13,651 nucleotides of DNA, taken from assembly GCA_039803745.1 (NCBI GenBank), contig JBDRZD010000046.1:1-13651 (forward strand). The letters run 5' to 3'. The position numbers and the translations under genes were made by a program. Positions 1 through 6,529 of the stretch are shown here, piece by piece. Positions within the stretch are counted from its first letter, which is position 1; the number at the start of each line of letters is the position of its first letter. Under the pieces are notes generated by a model that was given only the letters and a program-made list of their open reading frames with translations, was not told the origin of the DNA and searched no databases. Source of the DNA: a candidate division WOR-3 bacterium (lineage in GTDB: Bacteria > Hydrothermota > Hydrothermia > Hydrothermales > Hydrothermaceae).

Positions 1-407
1 TTACTCTGTGCCCCAAATTGCCTGCTTGCATCTGAAAATATTGAATATAAATGATATGCACCTCCTTTTGATGCAGCAATTCCATAACCGAGATATCCAA
101 CTGCAAACTCTATTGCAGCACCTGCCTGTGTTACAACTGCAAGAAATTGTGGAGTTATATGAACATCATACGCACTTATAACAATATCTTCTGGCGGAAT
201 CACTACATTACCCTCTCTAAAATTTGTGTCAACAATTTGCATTCCCCTTTCAATTCCTCCTTCTGCTGCCTGGAATGCTGTATACATCCTTTGCTGGGCA
301 CCTGTCACATATATACTCTTTGAAGTTAAAAATAAGGCAAGTGAACCTGCAATTAAAATAAGCATCAAAACAATTATTGCAATAATCATAACAATCCCTT
401 TCCTCAT
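1..407 (-). CDS. pilX: PilX-like type IV minor pilin (3' end lies outside the window)
   Basis: Translated by hand from ATG at 407: MRKGIVMIIAIIVLMLILIAGSLALFLTSKSIYVTGAQQRMYTAFQAAEGGIEKGMQ..., open to the window edge (135 codons, no stop). Prepilin-type KG| plus hydrophobic helix lacking Glu5, the PilX-type 'AFQAAEGG' motif, GGAGGT at 412-417, and position after pilW. Confidence 0.85.
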   Translation of the reverse strand, partial: MRKGIVMIIAIIVLMLILIAGSLALFLTSKSIYVTGAQQRMYTAFQAAEGGIERGMQIVDTNFREGNVVIPPEDIVISAYDVHITPQFLAVVTQAGAAIEFAVGYLGYGIAASKGGAYHLYSIFSDASRQFGAQS

Positions 408-408
408 T

Positions 409-1332
409 TTAACCTCCTTTTAAATTTCTTGGAAAAACTGTCCCTGTTAAAATAATTCTATTATAATTTCTTTCAAATTCATCTAAATGTATAATTCTAT
501 CTTCAATATTTAAGTTATCCCTTGGAAATCTAAATCCTCCTATTCCTTTTTCTGTTCTTACTAAAATACTCACCCTTATTAAAAATGGTCTTTTATATAA
601 AGAATCAGGTGTTAAACCTGTTAAATCATTTCTGAACTCATCTTCTTCAACAATACTATCCCTATCCCAGTCATATCCATAGGCAATTTGAAAATCTTCA
701 ACATTTTCAAGAAATATATCATTGTTTCTCATAAGCCTTCTTGTATCTTGATCAAGCCAGTAAGTAACACCTGTCTGAAATATATTACCTGTGACTCTAA
801 AAAGGAAACCACCTGCATTCACATTTATTGTTGGATTATTCAATGTTATAAGTCTTCTATCACCTTCAATATTTACATCTGTTACAATAAAAGTTTGACC
901 GGGATAAAGCAAATTCTTAAATTGAGAAAGTATTATAACAGTATCACCAACCTGAATATCCCTTTCAGGCTCGTTCCAGTTTCTGCATATTATTATTCCA
1001 CCTGTTGAAAGAGCAATTACTGGATTCCATCTTGCCCTTGGAAGTTCTGCAAAGAAGGCAACCCCAAAAAGGGTTATCTGGTCAGGAGCATTTTGCCCCC
1101 CATTTATACCTTGAACTGGCATTCTATCAGCAGGTAATCCAAGTCCTGCATGCATTATATCCCTTTTTATAAGTTCAAAAGCAATCTGGGCATCTGTTTG
1201 CATTATACTTGTTTCCTGAACATAAGTTGCTCTTTTCTGCTGATAGAAATAAATGCTTAAAATTGCTGCAAAGACAAAGCCAAATATTGTTAATGCAATC
1301 AAAAGTTCAATAAGTGTTAATCCCTTTTTCAT
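409..1332 (-). CDS. pilW: PilW-like type IV minor pilin, 307 aa
   Basis: MKKG|LTLIELLIAL N-methylation motif; 'AFELIKRDIMHAG' helix; C-terminal 'ENVEDFQIAYGYDWDRD' and 'IRVSILVRT' typical of PilW; GGAGGT at 1338-1343. Confidence 0.85.
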   Translation of the reverse strand: MKKGLTLIELLIALTIFGFVFAAILSIYFYQQKRATYVQETSIMQTDAQIAFELIKRDIMHAGLGLPADRMPVQGINGGQNAPDQITLFGVAFFAELPRARWNPVIALSTGGIIICRNWNEPERDIQVGDTVIILSQFKNLLYPGQTFIVTDVNIEGDRRLITLNNPTINVNAGGFLFRVTGNIFQTGVTYWLDQDTRRLMRNNDIFLENVEDFQIAYGYDWDRDSIVEEDEFRNDLTGLTPDSLYKRPFLIRVSILVRTEKGIGGFRFPRDNLNIEDRIIHLDEFERNYNRIILTGTVFPRNLKGG

Positions 1333-1335
1333 ATT

Positions 1336-1749
1336 TCACCTCCCAATCCATATTACAACATCTTCATATATTCTCTGATGTCTATTATTCCATAAAATAT
1401 GGACTCTTGATATTTTCATATTTTGACGCGGAATATTTTCTGCAACATTTCTTATTATTTCAAAGGGATAATCACCATAAAAAACTGTATCAGGTGGAAA
1501 ATCAGGATTATTTATATCTTCAAGGTCATCGTTATCACCATCGTTCCCCCATAATGGGTCATCTGCTGAAATTATTCTTAAATTTTCAACTTCTCTTGAA
1601 AGAACCTGTTGAGCAAATATTCTATGCCTTACAGCAATATCTGCTTCCATCCCAAAAAATACCATTTGAAGTAAACCTGTAAACATTAATGCAAGAATAA
1701 CTATTGTTACCATCAATTCTATCAATGTAAATCCCTTTCTCAATACCAT
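1336..1749 (-). CDS. pilV: PilV-like type IV minor pilin, 137 aa
   Basis: Start moved from 1770 to ATG 1749 (GGAGGT 5 nt upstream): MVLRKG|FTLIELMVTIVIL. Size and position between fimT and pilW fit PilV; the subfamily call rests partly on gene order. Confidence 0.75.
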   Translation of the reverse strand: MVLRKGFTLIELMVTIVILALMFTGLLQMVFFGMEADIAVRHRIFAQQVLSREVENLRIISADDPLWGNDGDNDDLEDINNPDFPPDTVFYGDYPFEIIRNVAENIPRQNMKISRVHILWNNRHQRIYEDVVIWIGR

Positions 1750-2228
1750 CTTCCACCTCCCCATTTCCATACTTTTATTCTTCCTGATACTGCTATTCCA
1801 ATTGCATAACTTTCTCTACCCTGCGAAACATAAACTGCACCAGGTGTTGCATATCCTTTTGAGTCAATTATTAATGTATTATCAGGGAACTGGACTCCAT
1901 CAGGGTCAGGTGCTCCACCACCACATTCAGGTGCTGCTAAAGTTGCATATCCAGGAGAAAATCTGAAATCAACACTATAATGTTTTGGTTGTTCATTTCC
2001 ATATTGAAGAATATATTCTCTTGAATTTGGGTTAAAAATAATCCTGCATTCTAAATTTCTTACAATTGCTGTTTCCCTTGCACTTTTTAAAACTGATGCA
2101 AAACTCTCTGCACGAGATGAAAGCGTTTCACTACTTATACTTCTAAAAATGGGAATTGAAAGTCCTGTAAATATCCCAATTATAAGTATTACTATTAGAA
2201 GTTCAACTATTGTAAACCCTTTTTTCAT
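1740..2228 (-). CDS. fimT: FimT/FimU (GspH-like) minor pilin, 162 aa
   Basis: MKKG|FTIVELLIVILIIGI; 'LKSARETAIVRN' helix, 'IIDSKG' and terminal 'SGRIKV' typical of FimT/GspH; GGAGGT at 2234-2239. Confidence 0.85.
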   Translation of the reverse strand: MKKGFTIVELLIVILIIGIFTGLSIPIFRSISSETLSSRAESFASVLKSARETAIVRNLECRIIFNPNSREYILQYGNEQPKHYSVDFRFSPGYATLAAPECGGGAPDPDGVQFPDNTLIIDSKGYATPGAVYVSQGRESYAIGIAVSGRIKVWKWGGGRWY

Positions 2229-2250
2229 TTTCCACCTCCATAAATTTATA

Positions 2251-2267
2251 TGAAAAATTTATGCCTG
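2251..2267 (-). promoter_or_regulatory. Possible sigma54-type -24/-12 promoter for the minor pilin operon
   Basis: Minus strand CAGGCATAAATTTTTCA = GG-N10-TC versus consensus GG-N10-GC. The predicted start site would fall just upstream of the fimT SD. One key mismatch. Confidence 0.3.
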
Positions 2268-2334
2268 AAATAAGTTTTTGGAATTCAATAAAAAAATATT
2301 ATAAAGTGTTTACTTTTTGTAAAAATGTTACCTT

Positions 2335-3141
2335 TCATTCCATTAAATTTTTTCTATAATCTTCTATAACCATTTTTATTATATTTTCATCAATTCTTTT
2401 TTTATCCTTTGTAAAGGCAGCGAATAAAGAATTTGAGCATATGATGTTTATAAGCCTTGGTATTCCATTTGTGAAACTATGTATTTCACTTATTGCTTTT
2501 TCCTCAAATATCTCATAAGAAGCACCCGCAACTTTAAGCCTGTGATTTATATATTCTCTTGTTTCTTTTTCATTTAAAGGAGAAAGGGTATAGGCAATTC
2601 CAATTCTTTGTTTTAAAGGTTTTTCTTTTTGCAATTTTTTCTTTAAATCCATTTGCCCAAAAAGAACTATTTGAATGAGTTTTCCTTCTTTATCCTCAAG
2701 GTTTAAAAGAAGTCTTATTTCTTCAAGTGTTTTTGAGGGGAGTATCTGTGCTTCATCTATCAGAATAACATAATTTTCTTTTCTTTTTTTTATATTTTTT
2801 TCAACTTCTTTAAAAATATATGCTTTTGTCCCTTTCTTTTCTTCTTCAAAGAAGTCAAGATTTATTCTCATTAGAAATTCCTTTGGAGTCAAAACTGGAT
2901 TTTCTATTAAAGATGTTTTTGATTTCCTTTCTTCAATATCTCTTTTTAATGCTTTACATAGCATTGTTTTTCCACATCCAATTTCACCAATTATTAAAGA
3001 AAGTCCTGCTTTTGACTCGGTTATTGAATACAGGAGTCTTGCATATCCTTCTTTGAATTCACTGCTCCAGAATAGAAATTCAAGGTCGCATGTATTTAAA
3101 AATGGATGTTTTTTAAAACCAAAATATTCTTCAATAAGCAT
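2335..3141 (-). CDS. ExeA/GspA/MshM-family AAA ATPase, 268 aa
   Basis: Likely start ATG 3141 (MLIEEYFGFKKHPF, matching the family 'YFGxxxxPF' N-terminus); Walker A GEIGCGKT, Walker B ILIDEAQ, 'LEEIRLLLN', 'YINHRLKVAG', 'GIPRLINIIC'. Confidence 0.9.
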   Translation of the reverse strand: MLIEEYFGFKKHPFLNTCDLEFLFWSSEFKEGYARLLYSITESKAGLSLIIGEIGCGKTMLCKALKRDIEERKSKTSLIENPVLTPKEFLMRINLDFFEEEKKGTKAYIFKEVEKNIKKRKENYVILIDEAQILPSKTLEEIRLLLNLEDKEGKLIQIVLFGQMDLKKKLQKEKPLKQRIGIAYTLSPLNEKETREYINHRLKVAGASYEIFEEKAISEIHSFTNGIPRLINIICSNSLFAAFTKDKKRIDENIIKMVIEDYRKNLME

Positions 3142-3949
3142 AACTTTCCAGTTTTCTCTTTGCGTTTTCAGCAAAACGTGTTTCAGGATTTATTTCAATT
3201 GTTTTTCTTAAATATTCTATACTTTTATCTATCTCACCTTTTCTTTCATAGGTTATTGCAAGATGATAATATGCCTCTTGAAGGTTTGGACCTTTTTCAA
3301 TTGCTTTTTTAAAAAATTCTTCTGCATCATCATACATCTCCCTATCAAGGTATACAAGCCCCATATAATATAATGTATAAAGTGTGGCAGTTGGATTATT
3401 ATTCATCTTTAGCACTTTTGCAAAATGTTCTATTGCCTCACCATATATTCCCTTTTTATAACATATATAACCCATATCTTTCATTGCCAGTGTATTATTG
3501 GGTTCGATTGCTAAAATCTTTTGATATAAAAGAAGTGCATCATCATATTTTCCTATCTGTGTATAAGCCCATCCAAGAAGTGTTAAAACTTTTGTATTAT
3601 CTGGAGCAAGTTCTTTTGCCTTTTCAAGTATCTTTATTGCCTCTTCATAACTACCCTTTGCAATTGCATTCCATCCCTTATCAATGAATGTGGTTAAATC
3701 AACCTCTGTGATTCTTAACCTTTGCAAAAATTCAGAGGGAGAAACAAAGGTTTTGACCTCTTCTTTTTTCTCTTTTATTTTAAGTGTAAATTCTTTTATT
3801 TCCTCAAGAAATTCTTTAAGGGAGTCAATTTCACTTTTTATTTCAATATAAAGTTTTTTTAAATCTTCTTTAACATTTTCATAGGTTGCCCCATTTTCAA
3901 CCCTTTTCCTTATTTCATAAAATCTTTTCTTTTTTTCTTCAATCTTCAT
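3131..3949 (-). CDS. Tetratricopeptide repeat protein with N-terminal charged helical/coiled-coil region, 272 aa
   Basis: About five TPR units (e.g. LGWAYTQIGKYDDALLLYQKILAIEPNN, MGLVYLDREMYDDAEEFFKKAIEKGP, AYYHLAITYERKGEIDKSIEYLRKTIEINP); no signal peptide or lipobox visible. Confidence 0.88.
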   Translation of the reverse strand: MKIEEKKKRFYEIRKRVENGATYENVKEDLKKLYIEIKSEIDSLKEFLEEIKEFTLKIKEKKEEVKTFVSPSEFLQRLRITEVDLTTFIDKGWNAIAKGSYEEAIKILEKAKELAPDNTKVLTLLGWAYTQIGKYDDALLLYQKILAIEPNNTLAMKDMGYICYKKGIYGEAIEHFAKVLKMNNNPTATLYTLYYMGLVYLDREMYDDAEEFFKKAIEKGPNLQEAYYHLAITYERKGEIDKSIEYLRKTIEINPETRFAENAKRKLESYAY

Positions 3950-4301
3950 ATACTATACAAACGCCTATTGAATAATCTTTATCATGGGTTATTGAAATTT
4001 CTACTCTTTTATTTCCGAGCATTTCTTTTGCCTTTCCATATAAGTTTAAATGAGGGGCGCCTTTTTCCCTTCTCACTTCAACATCTTTCAAACTTATTCC
4101 TTTTGAAAGCCCTGTTCCAATTGCTTTTAAAAATGCTTCTTTTGCAGCAAATCTTCCTGCAAGATGATTTATAAAATTTTTTCTTTCAAAAGAATATCTT
4201 ATCTCTTCATCTGTAAAAACTTTTTTTAAAAACCTTTCTCCATATTTTTCATATAATTTTTTAATTCTATCTATATTTACAATATCAATCCCTATCTTCA
4301 T
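3939..4301 (-). CDS. acpS: Holo-[acyl-carrier-protein] synthase
   Basis: IGIDIV, 'LAGRFAAKEAFLKAIGTG', 'GAP', 'ISITHD' motifs; 120 aa. Confidence 0.96.
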   Translation of the reverse strand: MKIGIDIVNIDRIKKLYEKYGERFLKKVFTDEEIRYSFERKNFINHLAGRFAAKEAFLKAIGTGLSKGISLKDVEVRREKGAPHLNLYGKAKEMLGNKRVEISITHDKDYSIGVCIVYED

Positions 4302-4977
4302 TATTTAATTTTTCTACTATATCAATTAATTCCCTTATATCGTTTATTTCAAAATCTGCTCCTGAATCTTTTGTTCCAAATATATCCCCATATTTTGCAA
4401 ATACTGTTTTCATACCAATCTTTGCTCCACCAAGTATATCCCTTTCTGGCCAATCTCCAACCATTATTGCTTCTTCTGGTTTTACATTTAATTTTTCAAG
4501 TGCCAAGACAAAAGGTTTTGGTGAGGGTTTCAATTCTCCGGTATCGTCAAATGTTATAACCACATCAAAAAAATGGTGTAGATTTAATTGAACTAAACGC
4601 GTCCATGCCTGAAGCCTCGGTGCATCTGTAACTACTCCGAGTTTTATTCCCTTTTTTATTAAAGTAATTAAAGTATACTGGGTATTTGGATACAAAACAA
4701 GTGATGTGCTTTTTGCCTTTCTATAAGCAACTATTCCTGCTGCATGAATCTTATAATCTATATACCCAAGAGTTTCCATTAGAAATTTATCAAAAATTTT
4801 TTGATCTTCAATCCCTTCCCTTTCATATAATTCAAATATCTTATTATAACACACATCCTTTGGTATTCTCAAACCTGCATCAATCATTGCTTCCACTGCA
4901 TATTTAACTGCCTCTTCTTTCATTCTATAAAAATCTAAAAGGGTATTATCAAGGTCAAAGATAATTGCTTTTATCAT
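4285..4977 (-). CDS. HAD-superfamily subfamily IA phosphatase (TIGR02253-like), 230 aa
   Basis: Likely start ATG 4977 (MIKAIIFDLDNTL, motif I); motif II VVTD, motif III KPSP, motif IV 'MVGDWPERDILGG'. The ORF-track extension to 5094 crosses the promoter region and the fbp start. Confidence 0.9.
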   Translation of the reverse strand: MIKAIIFDLDNTLLDFYRMKEEAVKYAVEAMIDAGLRIPKDVCYNKIFELYEREGIEDQKIFDKFLMETLGYIDYKIHAAGIVAYRKAKSTSLVLYPNTQYTLITLIKKGIKLGVVTDAPRLQAWTRLVQLNLHHFFDVVITFDDTGELKPSPKPFVLALEKLNVKPEEAIMVGDWPERDILGGAKIGMKTVFAKYGDIFGTKDSGADFEINDIRELIDIVEKLNNEDRD

Positions 4978-4983
4978 TTTATT

Positions 4984-5012
4984 ATTATAAGGAAAACCTT
5001 GACTAAAATAAA
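4984..5012 (-). promoter_or_regulatory. Putative promoter for a leaderless HAD operon transcript
   Basis: TATAAT (4989-4984) ends 6 nt before ATG 4977; weak -35 TTTATT at 17 bp; no SD. Confidence 0.5.
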
Positions 5013-5027
5013 ATTTACCTTTATAAT
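4999..5027 (+). promoter_or_regulatory. Sigma70-type promoter of the fbp-ptsH-ptsI operon
   Basis: TTGACT (4999-5004) - 17 bp - TATAAT (5022-5027); AGGAGGT SD at 5050-5056 before ATG 5060. Confidence 0.78.
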
Positions 5028-5059
5028 TAATACCTTTTTTTGGAAAAATAGGAGGTTTT

Positions 5060-6151
5060 ATGAAGAGTACAATTTCTGTAATAAAGGCTGACATAGGTGG
5101 ATATGTTGGACATTCCGGTATGCATCCTGCATTGATTGAAGAAGGTGAAAAAAGGCTTGAAGAAGCAAAAAATAAAGGAATAATAGTGGATTATCATGTG
5201 ACAAGTGTGGGTGATGACCTTCAACTTATAATGAGTCATACAAAGGGTGTTGACAATTCTGAAATACACGGGCTTGCATGGGAAATATTTAAAGCATGTG
5301 CAAAAATTGCAGAAGAAATTGGTTTATATGGAGCAGGTCAGGATATTCTCTCAGAAGCCTTTTCAGGAAATGTTAAGGGTATGGGACCCGGTGTTGCTGA
5401 AATGGAGATTGAAGAAAGACCTTCTGAGCCAATAATTGTTTTTATGGCTGATAAGACCTCACCTGGTGCATGGAATTTACCCCTTTTTAAAATATTTGCT
5501 GATCCCTTTAATACAGCAGGTCTTGTTATTGATCCAAAACTTCATGGAGGGTTTATATTCAAGGTTCTTGATATAAAAAAGGGTAACTATGTTGAACTTA
5601 AATGTCCTGAAGAAATGTATGACCTTTTATCCTTAATAGGTGCTGTTGAAAATTATATTATAAAAGAAGTTAAAAGATATGATGGGGTAATTGCTGCTGT
5701 TGCATCTGTCCAAAGACTTTCTTTAATTGCAGGAAGATATGTTGGGAAGGATGACCCTGTTATGATAGTCAGAACACAGTCAGGTTTCCCTGCAGTTGGT
5801 GAAGTTTTGGAGCCTTTTTCTTTAGCCCATATGGTCGCAGGATGGATGAGGGGCTCCCACTGGGGGCCACTGATGCCTGTTTCTATTAAAGAGGCAAATT
5901 GCACGAGATTTGATGGACCACCAAGAGTATGTGCTCTTGGGTTTCAGATTAAAAATGCAAAACTAATAGGTCCAAGAGATTTATTTGATGACCCTGCTTT
6001 TGATTTGACAAGAAAAAGAGCCCAGGAGATTGCTGATTACATCAGGAGAATGGGGCCATTTGAGCCTCATAGGCTCGGGATGGAAGAAATGGAATATACA
6101 ACTTTACCTGATGTTTTGAAAAAACTTGAGGGAAGATTTAAAGGGGAGTGA
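5060..6151 (+). CDS. fbp: Bifunctional fructose-1,6-bisphosphate aldolase/phosphatase (class V FBPase)
   Basis: 'ISVIKADIGGYVGH', 'GDDLQLIMSH', 'LYGAGQDIL...FSGNVKGMGPG', 'YVGKDDPV' (Schiff-base Lys), 'GWMRGSHWGPLMP', 'GPFEPHRL'; 363 aa. Confidence 0.97.
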   Translation: MKSTISVIKADIGGYVGHSGMHPALIEEGEKRLEEAKNKGIIVDYHVTSVGDDLQLIMSHTKGVDNSEIHGLAWEIFKACAKIAEEIGLYGAGQDILSEAFSGNVKGMGPGVAEMEIEERPSEPIIVFMADKTSPGAWNLPLFKIFADPFNTAGLVIDPKLHGGFIFKVLDIKKGNYVELKCPEEMYDLLSLIGAVENYIIKEVKRYDGVIAAVASVQRLSLIAGRYVGKDDPVMIVRTQSGFPAVGEVLEPFSLAHMVAGWMRGSHWGPLMPVSIKEANCTRFDGPPRVCALGFQIKNAKLIGPRDLFDDPAFDLTRKRAQEIADYIRRMGPFEPHRLGMEEMEYTTLPDVLKKLEGRFKGE

Positions 6152-6414
6152 AAGAAGCAAAGGTTGTTATACCAAATACTCTTGGACTCCATGCAAGACC
6201 TGCTTCTCTGTTTGTTAAACTTGCTGAAAAATTTAAATCAAAGATTACAGTTGAAAAGGATGGAATGGTTGTTAATGGTAAAAGTATAATGAGTCTTTTA
6301 ATGCTTGTAGCAGAGTGTGGTAGCACATTAATTATAAAAGCAGAGGGCCCAGATGAGGATGAAGCAATAGAAGCACTTGTAAGCCTTGTAAAAGATGGTT
6401 TTGGTGAAAAATGA
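6148..6414 (+). CDS. ptsH: Phosphocarrier protein HPr
   Basis: GLHARPA (His15) and NGKSIMSLLML (Ser46) motifs; 88 aa; GTG start overlaps the fbp stop (GTGA). Confidence 0.96.
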   Translation: MKEAKVVIPNTLGLHARPASLFVKLAEKFKSKITVEKDGMVVNGKSIMSLLMLVAECGSTLIIKAEGPDEDEAIEALVSLVKDGFGEK

Positions 6415-6494
6415 AAGAAAGAATCTTTGAAGGAATTTATAGTTCAAAGATTTTTGAAAACAAAGTTGATGTTTATAAGGGCAAAAGAAAATGA
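6411..6494 (+). CDS. Putative 27-aa ORF MKERIFEGIYSSKIFENKVDVYKGKRK, a diverged copy of the PtsI N-terminus (peptide or remnant)
   Basis: ATG overlaps the ptsH stop (ATGA 6411-6414); TGA overlaps the ptsI start (ATGA 6491-6494); 12 of the first 13 residues match PtsI. Confidence 0.5.
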   Translation: MKERIFEGIYSSKIFENKVDVYKGKRK

Positions 6495-6529
6495 AGGAGA
6501 GAATCTTTGAAGGTATTTGCAGTTCAAAG
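6411..6529 (+). repeat. Imperfect 39-bp direct repeat with 80-bp offset (6411-6449 and 6491-6529)
   Basis: atgaaagaaagaatctttgaaggaatttatagttcaaag versus atgaaggagagaatctttgaaggtatttgcagttcaaag: 34/39 identical. Confidence 0.95.

Noticed and set aside
3131..3949. Pilotin (PilF/Tgl) assignment for the TPR protein
   Set aside because: No signal peptide or lipobox cysteine.
2335..3949. ATPase + TPR pair as an anti-phage or transposon (TniB/TnsC-like) module
   Set aside because: Motifs fit ExeA/MshM; no nuclease, effector or transposase nearby, and the context is housekeeping and pilus genes.
4978..5094. N-terminal extension of the HAD ORF to 5094 (likewise extensions to 1770, 3174 and 13643)
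   Set aside because: Family N-terminal motifs and SD/promoter positions point to ATGs at 4977, 1749, 3141 and 13607.
6411..6494. Programmed frameshift fusing the small ORF to PtsI
   Set aside because: A -1 shift at GAAAATG would join the frames, but there is no canonical slippery heptamer or downstream structure, and PtsI is full-length from its own ATG.
6411..6529. Direct repeat as a CRISPR remnant, IS target duplication or att site
   Set aside because: Only two copies, codon-structured and homologous to ptsI; no cas, transposase or integrase in the window.
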